From a virus (Duplodnaviria > Heunggongvirae > Uroviricota > Caudoviricetes): a stretch of 64,000 nucleotides of DNA. Below, one piece after another: positions 20,201-29,496 of the stretch. Both the position numbers and the translations under genes were made by a program. Location of the stretch: IMG/VR virus record IMGVR_UViG_2526164631_000023; one strand, 5' to 3'. The stretch's first letter is position 1; each line of letters opens with the position of its first letter. The notes beneath the pieces were generated by a model, which was given only the letters and a program-made list of their open reading frames with translations, was not told the DNA's origin and searched no databases.

Positions 20201-20647
20201 ATGGCTGAAAATTTAAAGGCAAGAGATGGTAACCGCCTGTATAAGGCGCAATTGCTTTCCTACTATTATTCACGCCGCGCTGAGTCGGCGATCGGCAAAG
20301 GTGCGCGTTTTGTTATCTCTAAGGCGTATTGGTGCAAATCTAGTCTGGTAACTGCTAATGGTGCAGGAGGCTGGAATATAGCGGACATTCCACTCGATTT
20401 TAAATTGAGAAACGCTCAGCAGTTTGCTGTGTCCGATCTGATATTGTCCAGTGTGGATGGGATTATCACTATCAATGCAGCCTTCCCTCAAGAAAGAATG
20501 CCGGATAACACGCCTTACGACTTTAACACGCTTGTGCTTGTTGATGCTGAGGAACAGGCTTTTGCTGTGCTTTGCACCCAGCAAGACACCCTCTATAAAG
20601 GTAAACGTTACAGTATTCTCATGACAATCGAGCAAGTTGAGGGTTGA
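20201..20647 (+). CDS. tail-fibre-associated protein (P1 R-like position)
   Basis: 148 aa; stop overlaps the start of the fibre gene. Confidence 0.35.
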   Translation: MAENLKARDGNRLYKAQLLSYYYSRRAESAIGKGARFVISKAYWCKSSLVTANGAGGWNIADIPLDFKLRNAQQFAVSDLILSSVDGIITINAAFPQERMPDNTPYDFNTLVLVDAEEQAFAVLCTQQDTLYKGKRYSILMTIEQVEG

Positions 20648-23600
20648 TTATGGGTGCTGATAAAACGAACAACATAATGACACTATCCTCTGGTGTCTCA
20701 CAGCCGTTGCTTGCTGATGTTCAATATTTCGAACTCTATAGTAGTTCGGCTCTTAACAGAAAACTTAAAAATATTGTTTTGCCGGGCTTTTACTGTGGAT
20801 TTGAACCAGTTCCCGGCGCAGGGTTGAGAGTCCGTATAACTTCTGAAAACTCAGAAGGTAAAGGGGCTGCTTCAGTAGATGTAAATAATGTTCAGATATC
20901 CGTTCAGCAAATAGAAGATGTGACTGTCTCGGTAAAGGCTGGGGCTACCAACATTATTGTGCTAGAAGCCAATTTTGAACATGGTGTAAAAACGACACAG
21001 GTAGAGAGCGCATCTTCTGTCAGTGCTGCAAGAATTTACGCGCGTACGGACAATACTATTGGGCAGAATCAAATTGAATTATGTCGAGTTATCGTGCCTA
21101 ACGGCGCAACGGCTGTGACGAAAGAAATGATTGTGCTTAAATACCGGGTTAACCGTGCTGTTGGTGTCGAATTCTCTAATGAAATAAGCAGTACAGAAGA
21201 AAGAAAAGCGGCTACACCTCTGGCTGTCAAAACTCTCCATGATTTGGTTGATACAAAAGCTCCGCTCGATAGTCCACATCTGTCAGGTACGCCGACAGCA
21301 CCTACGGCCTCACAAGGCACAAATAGCACGCAGATTGCAAATACAGCCTTTGTTAAGGCAGCTATAACTGCACTTATCAACGGTGCACCTGGCACACTGG
21401 ATACGCTGAAAGAAATAGCGGCTGCGATCAATAACGACCCGAATTTCAGCACAACTATCAACAATGCCCTGGCTCTCAAAGCGCCTTTGGCAAGCCCGGC
21501 GTTCACAGGTACGCCGACAGCACCTACGGCCTCACAAGGCACAAATAGCACGCAGATTGCTACGACCGCTTATGTAAGAGCTGCCATATCCGCATTGGTT
21601 GGTTCATCACCAGAAGCTCTTGATACCCTGAATGAGCTTGCCGCAGCACTTGGTAATGACCCGAACTTTGCGACAACAATGACAAATGCGCTGGCAGGCA
21701 AACAGCCTCTGGATGCAACTTTAACCGCTCTTGCTTCCCTTGCGACTGGTGCAAACAAACTGCCTTATTTCACGGGTAAGGATACGGTAGCTCAGACTGA
21801 TTTAACGTCAGTCGGTCGCGATATTCTGGCTAAAACAAGCATACTGGCCGTTATCCAATACCTTGGTTTAAGAGAACTCGGTACCAGCGGTGAAAAGATC
21901 CCCCTGTTAAGCACAGCTAACACATGGAGTGCGCGCCAGACTTTCAACGGCGGGATCACCGGGGCGCTGACAGGGAACGCCGACACCGCGACGAAATTGA
22001 AAACCAAAAGGTCGCTTCAAGTTGACCTCCAAAGTGATAACGCCATCGACTTTGATGGTTCATCAAATGCTCTTCTGGGCATAAAAGGTATTTTACCAAT
22101 TACTCATGGGGGATTAGGTGCATCCAGCGTCTCTGGAGGGCGTACTAATCTTGGATTAGGTGTTGCGGACGTCCCCCAATTTAAGGGTATCAATCTTGTT
22201 AACTCAACAGACGCTGATTTAGCCGCGTCAGGGATTGTAAGTGGTTATCTGAATAATTCAGCTGGGGTACAGAGGAGTCGTTTCAGAATTTATTCAGAGA
22301 TAAGGAGTGGCAACCGCTCATGGCTGACGTTACATCTACAATCTGATACCAACACCAATAAATATGCCGGATTAGACATTGACGGTAACTTTCTGATTAC
22401 CGGAGATAGCAAATGCCGAGCATTAGAACCAACTGATGCAGCGTTAACAAGAAAAAATATTGATGTTTACAGCAAAGCCGAAGTAGACCTTAAAAAAGGG
22501 ATGAAATTCACCAGAGTCAATGCTCCTTCTGGAGCTGAAGAGGGTAAATTCTATCCTGTAGTCATCAAGAGATCTGCAACGAGCAATGGTGAACTTGCTT
22601 CTCGGGTTATTATTTCCACTGCGTCGCGCCAAGCTGCACATCGCATGAACAACTGCGAATTCAATGGTTTTGTGATGCCTGCTGGTTGGAGTGACAGAGG
22701 GCGGTACGCATACGGGATGTTCTGGCAATATCAGGATGCAGAACGGGCGATTCATTCTATTGCGATGAGCAATAAAGACGATGAAGTTAGCTCAGTTTTT
22801 TATATTGAAGGCGGAGCATTTCCAGTATGCGTTCTTGTGGAGGAGGGGCTTTCTGTTGTTGTCCCTACAACGGATTATATTGTTGGACAAACCACATACA
22901 AATGGGGGGCTACCAACCCTAAAGCTGAATGTATAGCTGCCGACATAATTATTGATTTTAGCAATGGTCGTGGTTTCTATAGCTCTGGAAACCTCAATGG
23001 TAATGCTGCAACAGCAACTAAATTACAGACCGCCAGAACAATCAACGGAGTAACCTTCGATGGCACTACTGATATTTCGTTGACACCAGAGAACATTGGC
23101 GCGCTGTCTCTATCCGGAGGCACATTATTAGGAGGTCTGACAGCTCCATTACTTACCACTAAAAGCGATCTTATTTTTAGTAGCCATACAAGCCGTCATA
23201 TCCGCTTTACATATACGAAAAATGACGGCACAACACTAACTGATGGGTACATATTTAAAGATGGCGTCGATAACCCTAACAGACGACCAGGCATCCGGAT
23301 AAATTGTGCTGCGCCGAATAAAGAAACCGGCAATGGTACTAATTCAGGTGATTGGATATTCGGTGAAGATGGCATTTTTACCATGCCGGGTGGCACTGTT
23401 CTTCGGGGAGGAATCAATAGCAATGGCGTGCCGCAAAGTGAGTATAAACATGACATGCTCACGTCAGTTGTTGACGATGCAAAAATGTATCTGCGACGTT
23501 TCCGCTCCAGCACAGGTGCAAGCATATGGCATGAAACAATAGAGAATAATGTTTATCGCTTATGCACAGGAACAACTGACGCTCAGGAAGAGTTAGTCTT

Positions 23601-24969
23601 GAGGACTGGTTCCTATGCGAAATTCGCTGGCGAGATTATTTCCAAATCGGCGAATGGTCTGCGCATTGTCTATGGCAACTATGGATTCTTTATCCGAAAC
23701 GATGGTTCAAGCACATACTTCATGTTGACCGATTCGGGTAACAGCCTAGGAACCTATAATAGGTTAAGGCCGCTTATCATTAACAATGCCAATGGTGCTG
23801 TTACGATCGGTAATGGACTCAATGTTACTGGCGGCATCAATGGTAGTTTGAACGGTAATGCTGCAACTGCAACAAAACTGCAAACAGCACGCACAATAGG
23901 CGGTGTGTCATTCGATGGCTCCGCCAATATCAACCTGCCGGGTGTAAACATTGCTGGTAACCAGAACACAACCGGTAATGCAGCGACAGCGACCAAGTTG
24001 CAGACAGCATGTACTATCAACGGCGTCTCGTTTGATGGTTCTAAAGATATTGAACTTAACCCACGGTCTATAGGCACGATCAACTCCACAACAATGTCTT
24101 TTAGTGGTGGTGCTGGATGGTTCAAGCTAGCAACTGTAACCATGCCACAGGCCAGTTCCGTGGTTTACATAAGCCTGATTGGTGGTGCAGGGTATAACGT
24201 TGGCTCCCCGCATCAAGCAGGCATCTCTGAGCTGGTTCTGCGTGCCGGAAATGGAAATCCAAAAGGTATTACTGGTGCATTATGGCGACGGACCTCGGTT
24301 GGATTTACTAATTTTGCATGGGTGAATACATCTGGTGATACCTATGATGTTTATGTTGAAATAGGTAATTACGCCACAGGTGTTAATATTCAGTGGGATT
24401 ATACCAGTAACGCCAGCGTAACGATTCATACATCACCAACTTATACAGCGAATAAACCAACAGGCCTGACAGATGGAACTGTATATGTAATTTACAGTTC
24501 GCACATTAAACCGACTGCTGCTGATGTTGGGGCGTTGTCATTATCTGGAGGTCAATTGAATGGTGCACTGGGCATCGGAACATCCAGTGCTCTTGGCGGT
24601 AACTCGATTGTTTTGGGTGATAATGACACGGGCTTTAAACAAAATGGCGACGGTAATCTGGACGTTTATGCTAATAACGTCCATGTTATGCGCTTTGTCT
24701 CCGGCAGCATTCAAAGTAATAAAACCATAAATATTACAGGGCGTGTTAACCCCTCGGATTACGGTAACTTTGATTCCCGTTATGTGAAAGATGTTCGCCT
24801 GGGTACGCGTGTTGTTCAATTGATGGCGCGTGGTGGTCGTTATGAAAAAGCCGGACACGCAATTACCGGATTAAGAATCATTGGTGAAGTAGATGGCGAT
24901 GATGAAGCCATCTTCAGACCAATACAAAAATACATCAATGGCACATGGTATAACGTCGCACAGGTGTAA
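20644..24969 (+). CDS. tail fibre protein (constant part Sc codons 1-407 fused to the currently expressed variable part Sv)
   Basis: 1441 aa; repeated fibre motifs NGNAATATKLQTARTINGV(S/T)FDG, ALSLSGG; C-terminus FRPIQKYINGTWYNVAQV parallels the Sv' C-terminus. Confidence 0.8.
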   Translation: MIMGADKTNNIMTLSSGVSQPLLADVQYFELYSSSALNRKLKNIVLPGFYCGFEPVPGAGLRVRITSENSEGKGAASVDVNNVQISVQQIEDVTVSVKAGATNIIVLEANFEHGVKTTQVESASSVSAARIYARTDNTIGQNQIELCRVIVPNGATAVTKEMIVLKYRVNRAVGVEFSNEISSTEERKAATPLAVKTLHDLVDTKAPLDSPHLSGTPTAPTASQGTNSTQIANTAFVKAAITALINGAPGTLDTLKEIAAAINNDPNFSTTINNALALKAPLASPAFTGTPTAPTASQGTNSTQIATTAYVRAAISALVGSSPEALDTLNELAAALGNDPNFATTMTNALAGKQPLDATLTALASLATGANKLPYFTGKDTVAQTDLTSVGRDILAKTSILAVIQYLGLRELGTSGEKIPLLSTANTWSARQTFNGGITGALTGNADTATKLKTKRSLQVDLQSDNAIDFDGSSNALLGIKGILPITHGGLGASSVSGGRTNLGLGVADVPQFKGINLVNSTDADLAASGIVSGYLNNSAGVQRSRFRIYSEIRSGNRSWLTLHLQSDTNTNKYAGLDIDGNFLITGDSKCRALEPTDAALTRKNIDVYSKAEVDLKKGMKFTRVNAPSGAEEGKFYPVVIKRSATSNGELASRVIISTASRQAAHRMNNCEFNGFVMPAGWSDRGRYAYGMFWQYQDAERAIHSIAMSNKDDEVSSVFYIEGGAFPVCVLVEEGLSVVVPTTDYIVGQTTYKWGATNPKAECIAADIIIDFSNGRGFYSSGNLNGNAATATKLQTARTINGVTFDGTTDISLTPENIGALSLSGGTLLGGLTAPLLTTKSDLIFSSHTSRHIRFTYTKNDGTTLTDGYIFKDGVDNPNRRPGIRINCAAPNKETGNGTNSGDWIFGEDGIFTMPGGTVLRGGINSNGVPQSEYKHDMLTSVVDDAKMYLRRFRSSTGASIWHETIENNVYRLCTGTTDAQEELVLRTGSYAKFAGEIISKSANGLRIVYGNYGFFIRNDGSSTYFMLTDSGNSLGTYNRLRPLIINNANGAVTIGNGLNVTGGINGSLNGNAATATKLQTARTIGGVSFDGSANINLPGVNIAGNQNTTGNAATATKLQTACTINGVSFDGSKDIELNPRSIGTINSTTMSFSGGAGWFKLATVTMPQASSVVYISLIGGAGYNVGSPHQAGISELVLRAGNGNPKGITGALWRRTSVGFTNFAWVNTSGDTYDVYVEIGNYATGVNIQWDYTSNASVTIHTSPTYTANKPTGLTDGTVYVIYSSHIKPTAADVGALSLSGGQLNGALGIGTSSALGGNSIVLGDNDTGFKQNGDGNLDVYANNVHVMRFVSGSIQSNKTINITGRVNPSDYGNFDSRYVKDVRLGTRVVQLMARGGRYEKAGHAITGLRIIGEVDGDDEAIFRPIQKYINGTWYNVAQV
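21851..21876 (+). promoter_or_regulatory. Hin/Gin/Cin-type crossover site 1 inside the fibre gene (core TT at 21863-21864)
   Basis: TTATCCAATACC TT GGTTTAAGAGAA versus gix/hix consensus TTATCNAAAACC NN GGTTTNNGATAA. Confidence 0.6.
23627..23865. repeat. left copy of an about 237-bp inverted repeat within the fibre distal modules
   Basis: Reverse complement of 26652-26890 with only about 2 mismatches; encodes EIISKSANGLRIVYGNYGFFIRNDGSSTYFMLTDSGNSLGTYNRLRPLIINNANGAVTIGNGLNVTGGINGSLNGN in both genes. Confidence 0.8.
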
Positions 24970-24972
24970 ATT

Positions 24973-25500
24973 ATGCAGCATTTAAAAAATATTAAGTCAG
25001 GAAATCCAAAAACAAAAGAGCAATATCAGCTAACAAAGAATTTTGATGTTATCTGGTTATATACAGAAGACGGTAAAAACTGGTATGAGGAAGTAAATAA
25101 CTTTCAGGACGACACCATAAAGATTGTTTACGATGAAAATAATATTATTGTCGCCATCACCAAAGATGCATCCACGCTTAACCCTGAAGGTTTTAGCGTC
25201 GTTGAGGTTCCCGATATTACAGCCAACCGCCGCGCTGATGATTCAGGAAAGTGGATGTTTAAGGATGGAGCTGTAGTTAAACGGATTTATACGGCAGACG
25301 AGCAACAACAACAGGCCGAATCACAAAAGGCCGCATTGCTTTCCGAAGCTGAATCAGTCATCCAACCGCTGGAACGCGCTGTCAGGCTGAATATGGCAAC
25401 AGACGAGGAACGCACACGACTGGAAGCATGGGAACGCTACAGTGTTCTGGTCAGCCGTGCGGATACGGCAAATCCTGAATGGCCACAAAAACCAGAGTAA
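24973..25500 (+). CDS. tail fibre assembly chaperone (U/Tfa)
   Basis: 175 aa; [24 protein letters not shown]; paralogous to the inverted copy 25529..26062. Confidence 0.75.
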   Translation: MQHLKNIKSGNPKTKEQYQLTKNFDVIWLYTEDGKNWYEEVNNFQDDTIKIVYDENNIIVAITKDASTLNPEGFSVVEVPDITANRRADDSGKWMFKDGAVVKRIYTADEQQQQAESQKAALLSEAESVIQPLERAVRLNMATDEERTRLEAWERYSVLVSRADTANPEWPQKPE

Positions 25501-25505
25501 AAATT

Positions 25506-25525
25506 AAGGCCCGATAGCGGGCCTT
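25506..25525. terminator. bidirectional hairpin between the convergent chaperone genes
   Basis: AAGGCCCGATAGCGGGCCTT. Confidence 0.5.
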
Positions 25526-25528
25526 CTC

Positions 25529-26062
25529 TCATTCTGGTTGTTCGGGAAACGTTACTGGCAGGCCGGAAGTGTCTGTAGATTCGACTTTCTGCGCATAGAG
25601 CATCCACTCGGTTAATTTTTGTTTATTCTCGTCGGAAATGATGCCCAGCCGTAGCTGTGAGTCCCATAGCTGGGTTTTATCCCTGACAAGTTGCAACAGG
25701 CTTTGCTTTTCATTTTCCGCTTGTTGCCTCTGCTCTTCCTCGGTATAAGTTCGCTTTATCACTACGCCATCTTTGAACATCCATTTCCCCGAAATATCAG
25801 CCCGGCGATTTGCTGTAATATCAGGTAATTCAACGACGCTTGCACCCTCTGGATTAATTGCTGAAACATCCTTTTCAATACAAATAATAACGCCGTTATG
25901 GTCATAGACCATTTTCAAAGTGTCTGGCTGGAAATTCTTTTGTTCCTCATACCAGTTTTTTCCATCATCTGAATAAAGCCATTTGATGTTAAATTGCTTT
26001 GTTAGCTGGTATTGCTCTTTTGTTTTAGGGTTGCCAGCAGTAATGTTTTTTAAGTGCATCAT
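25529..26062 (-). CDS. alternative tail fibre assembly chaperone (U')
   Basis: 177 aa; [24 protein letters not shown]. Confidence 0.75.
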   Translation of the reverse strand: MMHLKNITAGNPKTKEQYQLTKQFNIKWLYSDDGKNWYEEQKNFQPDTLKMVYDHNGVIICIEKDVSAINPEGASVVELPDITANRRADISGKWMFKDGVVIKRTYTEEEQRQQAENEKQSLLQLVRDKTQLWDSQLRLGIISDENKQKLTEWMLYAQKVESTDTSGLPVTFPEQPE

Positions 26063-26064
26063 CG

Positions 26065-27735
26065 TTAAATACTCCCCGCGTTATACCACGTCCCATTAAT
26101 GCAATACTGAATTGGCCTTGCCTGAGTTGTATCAATTAATTCATCACGGTTTCCGTTAACTGAACCCGTAACGACATAACCTGACCTGTCAGACCAGCCG
26201 GGACCATTCCATGTCTGAACAGATGACAGACCGCCAAGGCGAATACCTGTAATAAACCTTGAGTTACATTCTGCCTGCGTGTATGCACCAACATCTCCCG
26301 CAGAGGGTTTGCGGGTCGTGGTGTAAAACTCTGACCAGTCAGCCTCAAATCCATAACCATCACGCGCTGAACGATAAAAGATACCGCCGTTTTTATAATT
26401 CACGCGGAACTGTACAGCAGGGCAACTCCCCGCATTCATATTAAAGTGGAGGATTAATGTCGATGCGCCACCAATGTTTGCGTTATAGACCCCGCTATTC
26501 CAGTTCCAGCCAACAGCTTTATCATTTGCGACCCTGCTTCCTGTTTGCCCTAGAGCAAACGCACCTACATGACTTGCTTTTAATGTGATATCGGAGGAAC
26601 CATCAAAAGCCACGCCACTTATTTTTCTGGCAGTTTGTAACTTTGTAGCCGTAGATGCATTACCGTTCAAACTACCATTGATGCCGCCAGTAACATTGAG
26701 TCCATTACCGATCGTAACAGCACCATTGGCATTGTTAATGATAAGCGGCCTTAACCTATTATAGGTTCCTAGGCTGTTACCCGAATCGGTCAACATGAAG
26801 TATGTGCTTGAACCATCGTTTCGGATAAAGAATCCATAGTTGCCATAGACAATACGAAGACCATTCGCCGATTTGGAAATAATCTCGCCAGCAGCAGTTA
26901 ATCCGCCAGTTAACGCTCCTCCAGATAGTGGTAAAGCTCCGACATCAGCCGCAGTAGGCTTGTTTTTAGTGTTATACGCTCTGCGCCATCCTGGTGAATA
27001 ACTTGTGCCATTAGACACATAGATAAATTCAGCATTAGTGAGTGCGCCAGATACACTTGTCATCGTTGCCGTTGTTATTCGAATGGTGTAATTGTTGGTA
27101 TTATTGCTGAATACTTCTATCACAGCACCCGCCAGTGGAATAATGCCACAACCAGTTTCACTGTCTGGTATGGATGCACTATTTGCATACGCCCAAGCAC
27201 AACGAGCGAACCATGCTTTCGTATTGAATGCCCCGTTATTTTGCAACAAAGTAACTAACTGGGCTGTCGTTATTGACTCACCGTTATTACCTGTTGTTAA
27301 CCAACCAGTAGGAGATGCCGGGCAACCAATATTTGCTGGTGACAGTGAAATATTCGCAGAACCGTCAAATGAAACCCCATTAATGGTACGTGCTGTTTGT
27401 AATGTCGTGGCAGACGCCGCATTTCCTGTTGTGTTCTGGTTGCCCGTTGTATTTACGCCCGGTATGGAGTCTTTCGATGTATAGACCTGTGCCCACTCAG
27501 ACCATGCCGCACCTGTGTAATCTCTTCGGGAGCGAATGAAAACTGGCGCATGTGCACCGCTCGTACCACTCCAGCCAATAAGCAACTCGCCCTCACCAGC
27601 AGCACTCGCACCTTTCATGTGCAATACGTTGCCATACGTGGTCGGGTAGCTATTGTTGTACGCCTCGTACATTTGAATGCCAGCAGCGCCTTGAGTAGAG
27701 CCGCTTAACGCCGTAACTCGGCCACGAGATACCAA
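26065..27735 (-). CDS. alternative tail fibre distal segment Sv' (no ATG, preceded by in-frame TAA; silent in the present orientation)
   Basis: 556-aa ORF opening at TTG 27735-27733; C-terminus RPIQYCINGTWYNAGSI; fibre motifs; shares the 237-bp inverted repeat with the expressed fibre gene. Confidence 0.7.
   Translation of the reverse strand: MVSRGRVTALSGSTQGAAGIQMYEAYNNSYPTTYGNVLHMKGASAAGEGELLIGWSGTSGAHAPVFIRSRRDYTGAAWSEWAQVYTSKDSIPGVNTTGNQNTTGNAASATTLQTARTINGVSFDGSANISLSPANIGCPASPTGWLTTGNNGESITTAQLVTLLQNNGAFNTKAWFARCAWAYANSASIPDSETGCGIIPLAGAVIEVFSNNTNNYTIRITTATMTSVSGALTNAEFIYVSNGTSYSPGWRRAYNTKNKPTAADVGALPLSGGALTGGLTAAGEIISKSANGLRIVYGNYGFFIRNDGSSTYFMLTDSGNSLGTYNRLRPLIINNANGAVTIGNGLNVTGGINGSLNGNASTATKLQTARKISGVAFDGSSDITLKASHVGAFALGQTGSRVANDKAVGWNWNSGVYNANIGGASTLILHFNMNAGSCPAVQFRVNYKNGGIFYRSARDGYGFEADWSEFYTTTRKPSAGDVGAYTQAECNSRFITGIRLGGLSSVQTWNGPGWSDRSGYVVTGSVNGNRDELIDTTQARPIQYCINGTWYNAGSI
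26652..26890. repeat. right copy of the about 237-bp inverted repeat
   Basis: See 23627-23865. Confidence 0.8.
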
Positions 27736-27759
27736 TGTATTAATGTTGGTTTAAGAGAA
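27734..27759 (+). promoter_or_regulatory. crossover site A (core TT at 27746-27747), same orientation as site 1
   Basis: AATGTATTAATG TT GGTTTAAGAGAA; right half identical to site 1, left half degenerate. Confidence 0.5.
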
Positions 27760-28053
27760 CTCGGTACCAGCGGTGAAAAGATCCCCCTGTTGAGTACGGC
27801 TAACACATGGAGTGCACGCCAGACTTTCAACGGCGGGATCACCGGGGCGCTGACAGGGAATGCCGACACCGCGACGAAATTGAAAACAGCACGCACGATT
27901 GGCGGTGTGGTATTTGATGGCTCGGCCAATATCAACCTTCCAGGTGTAAATACAACAGGTAACCAGAACACCACCGGGAATGCTGCTACCGCGACAAAAC
28001 TTGCGACGGCAAGAAACATCAACGGTGTTAAGTTTGATGGCTCAGGCGATATC
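27748..28053 (+). other. 306-bp invertible mini-segment carrying 102 codons of the common Sv N-terminal region, currently facing away from Sv'
   Basis: 27748-27878 is about 95% identical to 21865-21995 of the fibre gene; exactly 102 codons in frame between the cores of sites A and B. Confidence 0.6.
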
Positions 28054-28067
28054 AAGGTTTAGGATTG
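28042..28067 (+). promoter_or_regulatory. crossover site B (core AA at 28054-28055), inverted relative to sites 1 and A; overlaps the invertase stop codon
   Basis: TCAGGCGATATC AA GGTTTAGGATTG; right half matches GGTTTNNGAT; the hybrid site predicted after A x B inversion (TTCTCTTAAACC AA GGTTTAGGATTG) resembles hixL. Confidence 0.5.
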
Positions 28068-28619
28068 AAATGATGACGCCGGAAACTTCTTATAAAGCGT
28101 GGAAACAGCCACATCATAGATGATTGCAACCTGCTTACGGGGGATGCCCTTCTCCAGCAATCGCCGCATTTGCTGCCATGTTTCTTCTTGGTATTTAGGC
28201 CGACGCCCACCTATACGACCTTCTGCGCGAGCTGCATCAAGTCCAGCGCGTGTACGTTCAACGATAAGCTCGCGTTCCATTTCTGCCAGCGCCCCCATTA
28301 CGTGAAAGAAAAAGCGCCCCATTGGTGTACTGGTGTCGATGGAGTCAGTGAGACTCCGGAAGTTAATGCCTTTGTCACGAAGCTCTTCCACCAGCACAAC
28401 CAAGTGACGCATGCTGCGCCCAAGACGATCTAACTTCCATACGACTAGGGTGTCACCTCTGGAAAGCATACGGAGAACCTTTTTTAACCCAGGGCGTTCA
28501 GCCTTTTTGCCGCTCGCCTTATCCTCAAAAATTAGCTCACATCCTGCGCTTTCAAGGGCGTTTCGTTGTAAAGCTGTGTTTTGGTCATTAGTTGATACGC
28601 GAATGTATCCAATAAGCAT
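28059..28619 (-). CDS. cin: serine DNA invertase of the Hin/Gin/Cin family
   Basis: MLIGYIRVSTNDQNTALQRNALESAGCELIFEDKASG...; 186 aa from ATG at 28619-28617 with GGGGG RBS; C-terminal HTH. Confidence 0.9.
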   Translation of the reverse strand: MLIGYIRVSTNDQNTALQRNALESAGCELIFEDKASGKKAERPGLKKVLRMLSRGDTLVVWKLDRLGRSMRHLVVLVEELRDKGINFRSLTDSIDTSTPMGRFFFHVMGALAEMERELIVERTRAGLDAARAEGRIGGRRPKYQEETWQQMRRLLEKGIPRKQVAIIYDVAVSTLYKKFPASSFQS

Positions 28620-28723
28620 ATGTCCCCCTTGTATGTTAAGGAGGGAGATTTTAGAAGATGTCCTGTAAGGAAATAACAAACTGACTAAGTTAGTGGCGCA
28701 TTAGATGTTATTTCTGGAGGGGT

Positions 28724-29050
28724 ATGTTTGCAGATTATGAAAATCTGGCTGTAGTAGTCATAACATCCCTACTAAGTGGAACCGGCGTATTCCTTCTCGG
28801 AGTTAGAGACGGGCGCATTTCTGCGTCCCTGCTCAATCTTGCGAGTGAATTGTTTACTGCGGTAACAGCCGGGCTTGCGGGGTATGGGGTGGCGGTTAGC
28901 CAAGAATGGCCTGAAGGTATCATTTTCTGCGTTGTTCTGATTGCCAGTAACAACGGTAGTGAAATTTTACAGGGCTTAAAGTCCAGAGCTAGTAACGTCT
29001 TGAATCTCTTAAGCGTAATAGCGAATGGGGGAAAAGGTGGAGAGAAATAA
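28724..29050 (+). CDS. holin-like small membrane protein (LydA-like position)
   Basis: 108 aa with about 3 hydrophobic helices; first gene after the invertase in a lysis/dar-type operon. Confidence 0.4.
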   Translation: MFADYENLAVVVITSLLSGTGVFLLGVRDGRISASLLNLASELFTAVTAGLAGYGVAVSQEWPEGIIFCVVLIASNNGSEILQGLKSRASNVLNLLSVIANGGKGGEK

Positions 29051-29496
29051 TGGGTAACTTTGGAAATTATTTCATTTTTATCATGGCATTTGTTGCCATC
29101 ATTGACCGTTTCATTTTTCGTCGCAAGAGTGTTGAGATTTTGAGTATTGGTGACGCTGTAGTGAAAGAATCCGCTATAGCATTTCCTGTTTCGCTACGTG
29201 TTAAGCGAAGCTGGGTCAGCAATGCTCAAATCGAATATTGGTTGCAAGACCTGAAAAATCCATCTGTGGTTATTTCAGGGAAAACGCGACCAGTTGACGC
29301 CTCAAAACGCGGTGAGAGAGAAGAGTATTTGCTCATCGATACGAAATATCTTGAGCCAACGAAGTGGGATCTGAAAGTCACATTGACTAACGGTAACTGT
29401 CGACTGAATCCGCTTTATCGCATTTTCCCTATCAATGACTGCATAGAGCGCCAGTTTACGATCGAAAAGCGTGAAGGAGACTGGGATGTCAAATAA
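29050..29496 (+). CDS. membrane-anchored protein (LydB-like position)
   Basis: 148 aa; N-terminal TM helix; start overlaps the upstream stop. Confidence 0.3.
   Translation: MGNFGNYFIFIMAFVAIIDRFIFRRKSVEILSIGDAVVKESAIAFPVSLRVKRSWVSNAQIEYWLQDLKNPSVVISGKTRPVDASKRGEREEYLLIDTKYLEPTKWDLKVTLTNGNCRLNPLYRIFPINDCIERQFTIEKREGDWDVK

Noticed and set aside
21069-21758. Minus-strand ORFs (160, 64 and 62 aa) antisense to the tail fibre gene
   Set aside because: They lie entirely within the well-supported fibre coding region and have low-complexity Ala/Pro/Val composition typical of antisense reading of fibre repeats; 22444..22755, 23196..23525, 23754..24143 and 24541..24858 are rejected for the same reason.
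26065-27735. Treating Sv' as an independently expressed gene starting at TTG 27735
   Set aside because: No RBS; an in-frame TAA lies two codons upstream; the reading frame continues precisely into the inverted mini-segment, so it is a switchable 3' gene segment.
21851-27759. Simple two-site inversion between site 1 and site A
   Set aside because: Both cores read TT on the plus strand, so the sites are direct repeats; a Hin-family invertase would not invert between them, and Sv' would be out of reach without site B. This led to the three-site model.
27705-28055. 116-aa minus-strand ORF and 90-aa plus ORF (27790..28062) over the mini-segment
   Set aside because: The plus ORF is the relocated N-terminal fibre fragment, not a gene with its own start; the minus ORF is its antisense shadow.
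28120-28668. Plus-strand ORFs 28120..28305, 28170..28433 and 28411..28668
   Set aside because: Antisense to the well-supported invertase gene.
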